A stretch of 64,000 nt of DNA from assembly GCF_965233445.1 (NCBI RefSeq), contig NZ_OZ247491.1. One strand, given 5' to 3'. The stretch's first letter is position 1, and every line of letters starts with the position of its first letter. Below are positions 33,724 to 43,184 of the stretch, piece after piece. The stretch comes from Hoeflea sp. (GTDB lineage Bacteria; Pseudomonadota; Alphaproteobacteria; Rhizobiales; Rhizobiaceae). Position numbers and translations under genes: made by a program. The notes under the pieces are model-generated. The model worked only from the letters and a program-made list of their open reading frames with translations. It had not been told where the DNA came from and did not search any database.

Positions 33724-34118
33724 GCGCCAATGCGTTGCAGCAAGCGGTCTACGAAAGACTGTCCGGAGATCCCGCAGTCTTGGCCATCACCGGAGTTGGC
33801 CGGGTCTTCGACCGCCGCATCACCCGGGCAGAGCCGCCGTACCTGGTGCTCGGCGAGATGGTGTCGAGCGACTATTCGACCGGTGACGGGCCTGGAACCG
33901 AGCACCGCTTGGAGATCGAGGCATGGACCGGCCAGAACGGTCGCAGGGAGGCCGTCGAACTGGCCGACGCCGTGCGCTCCGCCCTTCACGAGGCAGACCT
34001 CGCCCTCGATGGCGCGACGCTCATCAATCTTCGGCATGAACGGACGGTCAGCCGCCGCGCGCCGAAAAGCGCGCTGCATGTGGCGCGGCTGAGGTTCCGC
34101 GCGGTGAGCGAACCGTAA
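33720..34118 (+). CDS. DUF3168 tail terminator-like protein (g8-like)
   Basis: Overlapping start, 132 aa, with LQQAVYERLSGDPAV. Confidence 0.7.
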   Translation: MSANALQQAVYERLSGDPAVLAITGVGRVFDRRITRAEPPYLVLGEMVSSDYSTGDGPGTEHRLEIEAWTGQNGRREAVELADAVRSALHEADLALDGATLINLRHERTVSRRAPKSALHVARLRFRAVSEP

Positions 34119-34157
34119 CCCGACGCCGCTCCCACCAGCACAGGAAAGGACACTGCC

Positions 34158-34565
34158 ATGACCGCTCGCAAGGGCAAGGATCTGCTTATCAAGATCGACG
34201 ACGGCGGAAGCTTCGTCACCGTCGCCGGGCTGCGCGCCCGCCGGCTCGCCTTCAATGCCGAAAGTGTCGACATCACCGACGCGGAATCGTCGGGCCGCTG
34301 GCGCGAATTGCTGGGCGGCGCGGGCGTGCAGCGCGCAGCACTTTCGGGCGGCGGTCTGTTCAAGGATCAGACGAGCGACGCCCTGGCGCGCAGCGTCTTC
34401 TTCGCCTCCGAGATCCGCGACTGGCAGGTGGTCATTCCCGAATTCGGAACTGTCACCGGGCCCTTCCAGATCGTCGCGCTCGAATATGCAGGCCGCCACG
34501 ATGGCGAGATGACCTTCGAGATCGCCATGGAATCGGCCGGCGAGCTCCAGTTTGCGGCGGTCTGA
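34158..34565 (+). CDS. Major tail protein, TP901-1 family (g9-like)
   Basis: 135 aa, beginning MTARKGKDLLIKIDDGGSFVTVAGLR. Confidence 0.8.
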   Translation: MTARKGKDLLIKIDDGGSFVTVAGLRARRLAFNAESVDITDAESSGRWRELLGGAGVQRAALSGGGLFKDQTSDALARSVFFASEIRDWQVVIPEFGTVTGPFQIVALEYAGRHDGEMTFEIAMESAGELQFAAV

Positions 34566-34568
34566 GCG

Positions 34569-34982
34569 ATGCGCGTCCATCCCAACAGGCACCGCGGCGA
34601 GATTGTCGCCCGTCTCGATGGCGAGAGCCGCATCCTGTGCCTGACGCTTGGCGCGCTGGCGGAACTGGAAAGCGCCTTTGGCGTGGACGATCTCGCAGGC
34701 CTGGCCGGGCGCTTCGAGCGCGGACGCCTCTCCGCCGGCGATATCATCCGGATCGTCGGCGCCGGGCTGCGCGGCGCTGGCAACATCGCAAGCGATGAAG
34801 ACGTGGCCGAGATGTCAGCCGAAGGCGGGGTGGCCGGGTTCGCGGCGATTGCCACCGAGTTGCTTTGGGCCACCTTCGGCGATGCGGCAGAAGGGCAATC
34901 AGCCCCGCAGATGGCGAAGGACACGGACACAGATCGTCAGGACAGCACAAACCCTGGCGATGCGCAGGCGGCATCGCGGTGA
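34569..34982 (+). CDS. GTA tail assembly chaperone (g10-like)
   Basis: HPNRHRGEIVARLDGESRILCLTLGALAELE is typical of the 'gene transfer agent family protein'. Confidence 0.7.
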   Translation: MRVHPNRHRGEIVARLDGESRILCLTLGALAELESAFGVDDLAGLAGRFERGRLSAGDIIRIVGAGLRGAGNIASDEDVAEMSAEGGVAGFAAIATELLWATFGDAAEGQSAPQMAKDTDTDRQDSTNPGDAQAASR

Positions 34983-35281
34983 CGAAAAAGGAACAGGCGT
35001 CGTTTCCCTGGGCGTCCGTCATCCGCTTCGGCCTCGGCCGCCTGCGGCTTGCGCCCGAGACGTTCTGGGCGCTGAGCCTGCCCGAACTTATCGCGCTGAT
35101 CGGTCCGGAGGTCGGTCCCGGGTTCGCCACCCGCAAGGACCTCGAAAACCTGATGGCGGGGTTCCCGGACCGGGTCGGCCCACCTTCGGCAGAAAGCGCG
35201 TCCCGGCAGACGCACCAGAACCATCGGGGTTCCGATGCGACCCTTCCGCCCGCAAGACCCAGGAGCAAAGGCGATGACTGA
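34979..35281 (+). CDS. rcc01693-family protein (g10.1-like)
   Basis: The GTG start overlaps the upstream stop (GTGA). PWASVIRFGLGRLRLAPETFWALSLPEL. Confidence 0.6.
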   Translation: MTKKEQASFPWASVIRFGLGRLRLAPETFWALSLPELIALIGPEVGPGFATRKDLENLMAGFPDRVGPPSAESASRQTHQNHRGSDATLPPARPRSKGDD

Positions 35282-35858
35282 CGACCCCGATTTCGGCCCC
35301 GGCGGCGACTTCGATCTCGAAGGCGCCGAACGGGCGCTTGATGAACTCACCCGCAAGGCCAACGCCTTCGGCGGGGCGCTGTCGACGGCGCTCAAGCAGG
35401 CGACGGTGGACGGGCGAAGCCTCGACGATGTCCTGCGGGGTCTCGGCAACCGGATGATCGGCATTGCCCTCGATACAGGCATGCGGCCGCTCGAGGGCTT
35501 GATCAGCCAGTCGATTGCGGGTCTGACCGGCAACCTCTCAAGGATCATGCCTTTCGCCAAGGGCGGAGTGCCGGGCAGGGTGCAGGCCTTTGCTGATGGC
35601 GGGGTGGTCGGCGGTCCGATGCTTTTTCCGATGCCCGGCAACGGCACGGGTCTGATGGGAGAGGCCGGGGCGGAAGCCATCCTGCCGCTCAAGCGCGGAC
35701 CCGATGGGCGGCTGGGCGTCGCGTCGGGCCGTTCAGCGCCGCCGGTGCAGGTGACGTTCAACGTGACCACGCACGACGCGGCGAGCTTCGCCAAATCGGA
35801 AACCCAGGTCACCGCCATGCTGGCGCGTGCTGTCAGCCGCGGCCGCCGCGGACTCTGA
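35274..35858 (+). CDS. Short tail tape measure protein (g11-like)
   Basis: Position, Gly-rich core and GEAGAEAILPLKRGPDGRLGV motif. Confidence 0.7.
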   Translation: MTDDPDFGPGGDFDLEGAERALDELTRKANAFGGALSTALKQATVDGRSLDDVLRGLGNRMIGIALDTGMRPLEGLISQSIAGLTGNLSRIMPFAKGGVPGRVQAFADGGVVGGPMLFPMPGNGTGLMGEAGAEAILPLKRGPDGRLGVASGRSAPPVQVTFNVTTHDAASFAKSETQVTAMLARAVSRGRRGL

Positions 35859-35889
35859 TCTCGGTTATGGCCGACAATACGGGAGAACC

Positions 35890-36534
35890 ATGATGACTGA
35901 CGGCTTTCACGAGGTCCGGCTGCCTCTGCGCCTGTCGCTGGGTGCAAGCGGCGGGCCGGGACGGCGCACCGACATTGTCGCCCTGTCGAACGGCGGGGAA
36001 ACCCGCAACGCGCGATGGGCGGAGTCCCGGCGACGATACGACGTCGGCACCGGGTTGCGGGGCCTCGACGACCTGTACCAGCTGATCGAGTTCTTCGAGG
36101 CGCGGCGCGGTCAGCTCCACGGTTTCCGGTTCCGCGATCCGGTCGATCATCTGTCCGCGGGGCATGGCCAGGCTGTGAGCGCCTTCGACCAGGTAATTGG
36201 AGAGGGGGATGGCGTTCGCACGCTTTTCGATCTGACCAAGACCTACGCCGATGCCGGGGGCTCGACGTCCCGACGGATAGAAAAACCCGTGGAGGGCAGC
36301 GTTCAGGTCGCCATCGATGGCGTGACGCTCGAACCTGGCGATTTCACGGTGGATGCGCAAGCAGGCGTGGTAACCATCGCTGCCGCGCTCACACCCCCGC
36401 CCGGTGTGCCGGTCACCGCCGGTTACGAGTTCGATATCCCCGTACGATTTGACACCGACCGGATCGAGATCTCGCTGGCCGCCTTTCGCGCCGGATCCGT
36501 TCCCGCGGTCCCGCTCGTGGAGATACGGCCATGA
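35890..36534 (+). CDS. DUF2460 distal tail protein (g12-like)
   Basis: FHEVRLPLRLSLGASGGPGRRTDIV and HGFRFRDPVDH. Confidence 0.75.
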   Translation: MMTDGFHEVRLPLRLSLGASGGPGRRTDIVALSNGGETRNARWAESRRRYDVGTGLRGLDDLYQLIEFFEARRGQLHGFRFRDPVDHLSAGHGQAVSAFDQVIGEGDGVRTLFDLTKTYADAGGSTSRRIEKPVEGSVQVAIDGVTLEPGDFTVDAQAGVVTIAAALTPPPGVPVTAGYEFDIPVRFDTDRIEISLAAFRAGSVPAVPLVEIRP

Positions 36535-37421
36535 GGGACATTCCCGAAGCTCTCGGCGCGCATCTTGCCCGCACCGCCACCACCGTCTGCCACGCCTGGC
36601 GGCTCACGCGAACCGACGGACAGGTGATGGGGTTCACCGAACACGACCATGATCTTGAATTCGACGGAACCGTGTTCTCGGCAGCCACCGGGTTTCGCGG
36701 CTCGGAGGTCGAGACCGGGCTCGGGCTCGAAGCGGATGCTGCCGATGTGGCGGGGGCGTTTTCGGACGCGGCGATCAATGCCGACGATCTGGCTCTCGGG
36801 CGCTATGACGGCGCGCGGGTGGAAACCTTCCTGGTGAATTGGCAATCGCCTTCCCAGCATGTTCTGCTTTCCACCCGGGAACTTGGCGAGGTGACAAGCG
36901 CCGGGCCGGCCTTCCGTGTCGAATTGCGCAGCCTTGCCGCAAGGCTCGACCAGCCGACGGGTCGCCTTTACGCCCGGCGCTGCGATGCGGATCTGGGCGA
37001 CGGGCGCTGCGGCGTCGACTTGACCTTGCCGCCCTACAGGCTCGCGGGGTCGGTCGTGCAGGTGGTGGATGAGGTGACACTGATTGTCACCGGCCTCGAT
37101 GACCGTCCGCCGGACTGGTTTTCCGGCGGCCGGTTGCATTTCGTCTCGGGCCTGCTCACCGGTGTTTCCGCCGATATCGCCAGCCACGATCCGGACCCGG
37201 CAGGGACGCGGATCTCGCTCTGGGCGCCGCTTGCCCGCAGGCCTCAGCCGGGCGACGCGCTCGAGGTGACGGCGGGGTGCGACAAGGCGTTTCAAACCTG
37301 TTCCGCAAAGTTCGCCAATACGCTCAATTTTCAGGGCTTTCCGCACCTTCCCGGAAGCGATTTCGCCTATGGCTACGCCGATGACGACACCGTGCATGAT
37401 GGCAGGCCGATCGTGCCATGA
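36531..37421 (+). CDS. DUF2163 hub protein (g13-like)
   Basis: TTVCHAWRLTRTDGQVMGFTEHDHDLEFDG. Confidence 0.75.
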   Translation: MRDIPEALGAHLARTATTVCHAWRLTRTDGQVMGFTEHDHDLEFDGTVFSAATGFRGSEVETGLGLEADAADVAGAFSDAAINADDLALGRYDGARVETFLVNWQSPSQHVLLSTRELGEVTSAGPAFRVELRSLAARLDQPTGRLYARRCDADLGDGRCGVDLTLPPYRLAGSVVQVVDEVTLIVTGLDDRPPDWFSGGRLHFVSGLLTGVSADIASHDPDPAGTRISLWAPLARRPQPGDALEVTAGCDKAFQTCSAKFANTLNFQGFPHLPGSDFAYGYADDDTVHDGRPIVP

Positions 37422-37879
37422 ACGGCCTGGATGTGGACGAACACCATCGCGCAAGAATCGTAGAAACGGCGCGGAGCTGGATCGGCACGCCCTACAGGCA
37501 TCAGGCCTGTCGGAAAGGCGTCGGGTGCGATTGCCTGGGGCTCGTCCGCGCCATCTATCAGGAGGCAACCGGACGGCCGGCGGAACAGCCCGCGCCCTAT
37601 CAGCCCGACTGGGCAGAGCGGACCGGCACCGATCGCCTGATTGAAGCCGCGCTGCGGCATTGCGGTGAGCCAGTGCCTTTCACCCTTGCGCGTGCCGGTG
37701 ACCTCGTTCTCTTCCGGTGGCGTGCGGGCGTGGCGGCAAAACATGCAGGCATCCTCACCGGTCCCGATCACTTCGTTCATGCCTACGAGGCGGCGGGGGT
37801 GATCGAGAGCGCGCTGGTGTTCTCGTGGCGACGGCGGATCGCCGCGATCCACCGGATTCCATGCCCGATCCCATACTGA
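37418..37879 (+). CDS. NlpC/P60 family cell-wall peptidase (g14-like)
   Basis: WIGTPYRHQACRKGVGCDCLGLVRAIY contains the catalytic Cys context. Confidence 0.8.
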   Translation: MNGLDVDEHHRARIVETARSWIGTPYRHQACRKGVGCDCLGLVRAIYQEATGRPAEQPAPYQPDWAERTGTDRLIEAALRHCGEPVPFTLARAGDLVLFRWRAGVAAKHAGILTGPDHFVHAYEAAGVIESALVFSWRRRIAAIHRIPCPIPY

Positions 37880-37894
37880 AAGCGAGGCCTCGAC

Positions 37895-40800
37895 ATGGCA
37901 ACAATCCTGCTCCAGGTGGCGGGCGCAGCACTTGGCGGCATCTTCGGGCCGGTCGGAACAGCCATCGGCTCGGCGATCGGCGCAACCGTTGGCGGCATGC
38001 TCGATTCAAGCCTCCTCAGTTCCAACCGCACCATACGCGGACGCGGGCTGAGCGGCGCACGCATTCCCTCCGCCGATGAGGGCGCACCGGTGCTCAAGGT
38101 CCACGGAACCATGAGGATTGCCGGAACGCTGATCTGGGCGACACGCTTTGAAGAAACCGTGACGCGGCAGCGTCAGGGCGGCAAGGGACGCGGGCCGGTC
38201 ACCGAAACCTACAATTATCATGCCAATTTCGCGCTCGGGCTCTGCGAGGGTCCGATTGCCTCGATCCGCCGCGTGTGGGCCGACGGGCGCGAACTGGATC
38301 TCGAAACCCTCGACATGCGGATTTATCGCGGGACCGCGACGCAACTGCCCGATCCCCTGATCGAGGCCAAGCAGGGGACCGGTCGGGTGCCGGCCTGGCG
38401 CGGGCTCGCCTATGTGGTGTTCGAACGCCTGCCGCTCGACGGTTTCGGAAACCGGATACCGGCGTTTCAGTTCGAGGTGGTTCGTCCGGTTGGCACTCTG
38501 GAAGCCGCTATCGAGGCGGTGGCGCTGATCCCCGGATCGACGGAGCATGGCTACGCCACCACCCCGGTGCGTGAAACTGTCGGGGTGGGCGCGCAGCGTC
38601 TGATCAACCGCAACATGCGTCTGGCCGCCACCGACTGGAGCCAGTCGATCGACGAGTTGCAGGCGATCTGCCCCAACCTCAAATCCGTCGCGCTGGTCTG
38701 CGCCTGGTTCGGAGACGACCTCCGGGCAGGCCATTGCCGGTTTCGTCCGGGCGTCGAGGTGCGGCATCGGGCAGGTGAAACCAGACCCTGGAAAGTGGGT
38801 GGAGAAACCCGCGCCAGCGCCCATCTGGTCAGCACCAAGGACGGCGGTCCGGCCTATGGCGGCACACCCGACGACAGCTCCGTGATCGAGGCGATCACCG
38901 ACCTCAAGGCCCGCGGGCTGAAGGTGACGCTCTATCCCTTCGTGCTGATGGACATCCCCGCAGGCAACGAGCTTCCCGCACCCGATGGCGCCCCGGCGCA
39001 ACCTGCTTATCCCTGGCGGGGACGCATCACCGCCAGTCCCGCGCCTGGGTTGCCCGGGAGCCCAGACGGCACATTGGCAATGCGCGACGAGATCTCGGCG
39101 CTCTGCGGAGTGACGGAAATCACCGACATTGCTGTGGCGGGTGGCACGGTGAATTGGTCGGGCGGCGACGAGGACTATCGGCGCTTCGTGCTGCACCACG
39201 CAGCCCTGGCCAAGGCGGCTGGAGGCGTGAACGGCTTTGTCATCGGCTCCGAGATGAGAGGACTGACCCGGTTGCGCGACGGTGAGGGCAATTTTCCTTT
39301 TGTCGATGAACTGATCGGCCTCGCCGTCGACGTCCGATCCGTCGTGGGGCCGGAAACGACACTGACCTATGCCGCGGACTGGACCGAGTATGCGGGTCAT
39401 CGCCCCGATGACAGCTCTGGCGATGTGCATTTCAACCTCGATCCGCTCTGGGCCCATCCGGAGATCGGGGCGATCGGCATCGACAACTACATGCCGCTTT
39501 CCGACTGGCGCGACACGGACGTGATGGCGGGCAATCCGGACGGCGCACGCTTTGCAAACGATGCCCGCGCAATGGGCGCGGCCATCGAGGGCGGTGAGGG
39601 CTACGACTGGTACTATGCCGACAAGCCGGGGCGGGATCAGCGCGAACGGCTGCCGATTTCCGATGGCCTGGCCGGCAAGGACTGGATCTACCGGATCAAG
39701 GACTTGCGCGGATGGTGGGAAAACCCGCATCACGATCGCATCGGCGGGGTGGAAGCGGCAACGCCAAGCCCCTGGGTTCCGCGCTCCAAGCCGTTCTGGT
39801 TCACTGAACTGGGCTGCCCGGCCGTCGACAAGGGTGCGAACCAGCCGAACGTCTTTCCCGATCCCAAATCGTCCGAAAGCGCTCTTCCCTGGTATTCGAG
39901 CGGCGGCCGCGATGATCTCGCGCAGCGTGCATTCATGGATGCGCATCTTCGGCACTGGTCGGGTGCGGAAAACGCCGACGCGATGGTCATCCGCGACCAT
40001 ATCTATCTGTGGAGTTGGGATGCGCGGCCGTTTCCGGCATTTCCGCTGACGGGAACGGTCTGGTCCGACGGACAAAACTGGCGCACCGGGCACTGGCTCA
40101 ATGGCCGGCTTGGAACCCTGGCGGTGCGCGATCTGATTTCGGTGGTGCTTGAGGAGGCGGGTTTTGACGAGTTCGATGTCGAGCGCGTCGACGGCGTGCT
40201 CACCGGCCATGTGATTTCCAACCCGCTGTCGCCGCGGTCCGTGCTTGCGCCGCTGATGGAGGCCTTCTGCATCGATGTGCACGAGGGCCCCGGCGGCCTG
40301 GTGTTCGCCTCGCGGCTGGGGGCAGCGTCGGCGCCAGCCGGGATTTCGGTGGTGGCCGAACCTGACGAGGGAGCCTTGTTCGAGGAAACCCGCGGCGAAA
40401 TCTCCGAGTTCGCCAACGAGGCCATGCTTCTTTTCGCCGACCCGTTGTCGGACCACGCCGCGGCTTCGGTCCGCTCGCGAAGGCTCGAAGGAGAGACGTT
40501 GCGCCAGCGCGACCTGACGCTGAGCATCGCCGTCGAACCGGGGCTCGCACGAGCAGCAGCCGACCGGTGGCTTCAGGACCACCGGCTGCAAAGGCGCCGG
40601 CTCAGATTCGCGCTGCCGCCCCAGAAGGCAGAACTTCAGCCAGGGGACGTTGTGCGCTTCGACCACGAAGATGCGCCTAAGGGGCGCTTCCGCGTGCTCC
40701 GCATCGAGGATGGCGAGCAGCGTCGCGTCGAAGCCGTTGCCCATGCGGGAGCGCTTGCCGCGACTGCCGACTGGACGCTGCCGTCAGACGGGCAGGGCGA

Positions 40801-41743
40801 CAGCAACGCCCACTTCGCCCCCGAAATCGAGTTCATCGATCTCCCAGTCCTTTCAGGCAATGACGAGACGGCCTGGGCGCGGGCCGCCGGGCTTGCCACG
40901 CCATGGCGGCGGGTCGCGCTTTCGAGTTCGCCGGAAGCCGAAGGCTACGTGCCGCGGATCGTGCTGGATGCGCCCTCGAAACTGGGGACTTTGACCGCGG
41001 CTCTGCCTCCAGGAGGGTGCGAAGGGCGCATCGACCGGCGCCATTCAATCGAGCTCGACCTTGCCTTTGGCGGTCTTTCCACCGTGAGCCGGCTGGCGCT
41101 GCTCAACGGCGCCAATGCCGCCGCGATCCGATCCGATTCAGGTGCTTGGGAAGTCGTGCAGTTCGAGCGCGCCGAGGAAATTGCACTCGGACGCTGGCGG
41201 CTCTCGCATCTTCTCCGCGGGCAGGGCGGCACCGACGATGCCATGCGCGCAGGCGCAAGCCCGGGCGCGCGGTTCGTGCTTCTCGACAGTGCTGTGCTGC
41301 CGCTTGGTCTTGCGCTCGAGGAGGCGGGTCGCGCTCTCAACTGGATTGCCGAGCCTGCGGGCGGAGCGGCGGATGGTGCAAGTCCGAAGGTCTTTGCGGG
41401 CGGCGAACGCGCGCTGATGCCGCTGTCGCCGGTTCATTTGCGCGCAAGGCGTGAGGCTGCCGGTGTCAGGTTCGAATGGACCCGACGGGGCCGGCTACAG
41501 GCGGACAGCTGGGCGCCTGCGGAAATCGCCGATGACGAGGGGTTCGAGCGTTACCGCGCCGAAATTCTTGCGGGTGGTCAGTCGGTCCGAACCATCGAGG
41601 CCGAGGTTCCGAGCTGGCTCTACGCGGAGGCCGAGGAGATGGCCGATTTCGGGGTTCCGCAGAATGAACTGACACTGCGGGTTATGCAGGTCGGAAAACG
41701 CATCCCCTGGGGCGTCGCCCGCGTGGCCACCCTACGGATCTGA
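37895..41743 (+). CDS. GTA host-specificity / baseplate megatron protein (g15-like)
   Basis: 1282-aa terminal gene of the cluster, with an N-terminal Gly-rich TM-like segment. Confidence 0.8.
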   Translation: MATILLQVAGAALGGIFGPVGTAIGSAIGATVGGMLDSSLLSSNRTIRGRGLSGARIPSADEGAPVLKVHGTMRIAGTLIWATRFEETVTRQRQGGKGRGPVTETYNYHANFALGLCEGPIASIRRVWADGRELDLETLDMRIYRGTATQLPDPLIEAKQGTGRVPAWRGLAYVVFERLPLDGFGNRIPAFQFEVVRPVGTLEAAIEAVALIPGSTEHGYATTPVRETVGVGAQRLINRNMRLAATDWSQSIDELQAICPNLKSVALVCAWFGDDLRAGHCRFRPGVEVRHRAGETRPWKVGGETRASAHLVSTKDGGPAYGGTPDDSSVIEAITDLKARGLKVTLYPFVLMDIPAGNELPAPDGAPAQPAYPWRGRITASPAPGLPGSPDGTLAMRDEISALCGVTEITDIAVAGGTVNWSGGDEDYRRFVLHHAALAKAAGGVNGFVIGSEMRGLTRLRDGEGNFPFVDELIGLAVDVRSVVGPETTLTYAADWTEYAGHRPDDSSGDVHFNLDPLWAHPEIGAIGIDNYMPLSDWRDTDVMAGNPDGARFANDARAMGAAIEGGEGYDWYYADKPGRDQRERLPISDGLAGKDWIYRIKDLRGWWENPHHDRIGGVEAATPSPWVPRSKPFWFTELGCPAVDKGANQPNVFPDPKSSESALPWYSSGGRDDLAQRAFMDAHLRHWSGAENADAMVIRDHIYLWSWDARPFPAFPLTGTVWSDGQNWRTGHWLNGRLGTLAVRDLISVVLEEAGFDEFDVERVDGVLTGHVISNPLSPRSVLAPLMEAFCIDVHEGPGGLVFASRLGAASAPAGISVVAEPDEGALFEETRGEISEFANEAMLLFADPLSDHAAASVRSRRLEGETLRQRDLTLSIAVEPGLARAAADRWLQDHRLQRRRLRFALPPQKAELQPGDVVRFDHEDAPKGRFRVLRIEDGEQRRVEAVAHAGALAATADWTLPSDGQGDSNAHFAPEIEFIDLPVLSGNDETAWARAAGLATPWRRVALSSSPEAEGYVPRIVLDAPSKLGTLTAALPPGGCEGRIDRRHSIELDLAFGGLSTVSRLALLNGANAAAIRSDSGAWEVVQFERAEEIALGRWRLSHLLRGQGGTDDAMRAGASPGARFVLLDSAVLPLGLALEEAGRALNWIAEPAGGAADGASPKVFAGGERALMPLSPVHLRARREAAGVRFEWTRRGRLQADSWAPAEIADDEGFERYRAEILAGGQSVRTIEAEVPSWLYAEAEEMADFGVPQNELTLRVMQVGKRIPWGVARVATLRI

Positions 41744-41763
41744 TTTCAAACCGGGAAAGGACA

Positions 41764-41976
41764 ATGACCATGGACACAACAAAGCCCTGGTGGCAATCCA
41801 AGACCCTGTGGGGCGCGCTGGTGACGCTCGGTGCGGCAGCACTCGGTCTTGCCGGGATCGATCTCGCCGACAGTGAACGCGAGGCGCTCACCGAGATGAT
41901 GACCTCGCTCGGTGCCGCCATCGGCGGGCTGCTCGCCATCATCGGACGGATTTCGGCCCGTTCGCGGATCGGCTGA
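41764..41976 (+). CDS. Small two-TM membrane protein (holin-like position)
   Basis: AAAGGA SD upstream. WWQSKTLWGALVTLGAAALGLAG and AAIGGLLAIIG are hydrophobic segments. The function is a guess. Confidence 0.45.
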   Translation: MTMDTTKPWWQSKTLWGALVTLGAAALGLAGIDLADSEREALTEMMTSLGAAIGGLLAIIGRISARSRIG

Positions 41977-42053
41977 ACGAAAGCGCAAACGCGCCAAATG
42001 AGAGTTTCCATTCATTTGCCGTTCAGGCAGGATCCTGTATCAATTCGGCCAGG

Positions 42054-42362
42054 ATGAAATGCGAACCCCCTTTTAGGCTGACCATGACAGCGAATCTTCT
42101 CAGTGTTGCCTTGATAGCCGCGCAGACGGCATTGGCTCCGGCTCAGGCTGCCGATATGCGGACGCCGGACGGTACCGCCGTTGTCGCTGCAGCCGCCGAT
42201 TGCTCGGGTGCCGCGGCCCAGGTCGTGAGCCAGACCGGCGGCCAGTTGCTCTCGGCAGCGTCTCAAAACCAGGGCGGCCAAACCGTCTGCGTCATTACAG
42301 TACTCGTTCCCGGCAACGGGTCCGAGCGGCCGAAGAAAGTCACCGTCTCCGTACCGCAATGA
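42054..42362 (+). CDS. Small secreted protein upstream of feuPQ-like genes (FeuN-like by position)
   Basis: Signal peptide ...ALAPAQAAD. It lies immediately upstream of the RR/HK pair. The start could be 42054 or 42084. Confidence 0.4.
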   Translation: MKCEPPFRLTMTANLLSVALIAAQTALAPAQAADMRTPDGTAVVAAAADCSGAAAQVVSQTGGQLLSAASQNQGGQTVCVITVLVPGNGSERPKKVTVSVPQ

Positions 42363-42494
42363 TGCCGGCCGGAAACATGCGGCGGCATCAGGGGCTTACA
42401 TTGCCGGCTGCCGGATGCGATGGGATAAAGAACGCGCCGGGTCACACCGGCTTTTGCAAGGATGCATGTCGCTGCAGCGAGGGGAGCGGGCCCG

Positions 42495-43184
42495 ATGCGA
42501 ATTCTGATTGTCGAGGATGACAAGGACCTTAACCGGCAGCTTGCCGAGGCGCTCGAGGAGCAGTCCTATGTTGTCGATCGCGCCTATGACGGCGAGGAGG
42601 GCCATTTTCTCGGCGATACCGAGCCCTACGACGCCGTGATCCTCGATATAGGCCTGCCGGAGATGGACGGTGTCACGGTGCTCGAGAAATGGCGAGCGGC
42701 CGACCGGGCAATGCCGGTGCTCATCCTGACGGCCCGCGACCGATGGAGCGACAAGGTGGCCGGCATCGATGCAGGCGCCGACGATTACGTCACCAAGCCG
42801 TTTCATGTCGAGGAAGTGCTCGCGCGCATCCGTGCCCTGATCCGCCGCGCCTCGGGTCATGCGTCCTCCGAAATTACCTGCGGACCGGTGCGGCTCGACA
42901 CCAAGGCTTCCAAGGCCAGCGTTGACGGCGTGACGCTCAAACTGACCAGTCACGAGTTCCGGCTTCTGTCCTACCTGATGCACCACATGGACCAGGTGGT
43001 GTCGCGCACGGAACTGGTCGAACACATGTACGATCAGGACTTCGACCGCGATTCCAACACGATCGAGGTTTTCGTCGGCCGTTTGAGAAAGAAGATCGGG
43101 GTGGATCTGATCGAAACCGTCCGCGGTCTCGGGTACCGGATGACCCGGCCGGAAGGTGACGGCGCAGGCAATGCTACGGGATGA
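42495..43184 (+). CDS. OmpR-family response regulator (FeuP-like by synteny with cycHJKL)
   Basis: MRILIVEDD..., receiver Asp context VILDIGLPEMDG, and a winged-helix C-terminus. Confidence 0.85.
   Translation: MRILIVEDDKDLNRQLAEALEEQSYVVDRAYDGEEGHFLGDTEPYDAVILDIGLPEMDGVTVLEKWRAADRAMPVLILTARDRWSDKVAGIDAGADDYVTKPFHVEEVLARIRALIRRASGHASSEITCGPVRLDTKASKASVDGVTLKLTSHEFRLLSYLMHHMDQVVSRTELVEHMYDQDFDRDSNTIEVFVGRLRKKIGVDLIETVRGLGYRMTRPEGDGAGNATG

Noticed and set aside
38006-40744. 912-aa ORF on the - strand
   Set aside because: It is antisense to the 1282-aa GTA megatron-like gene and has no recognisable domain. It is a shadow ORF.
26502-41976. Intact prophage
   Set aside because: It contains only head-tail morphogenesis genes in the RcGTA order and at RcGTA size. 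There is no integrase, repressor, replication or lysis-enzyme gene and no att-like repeats, so a GTA-type cluster is the better call.
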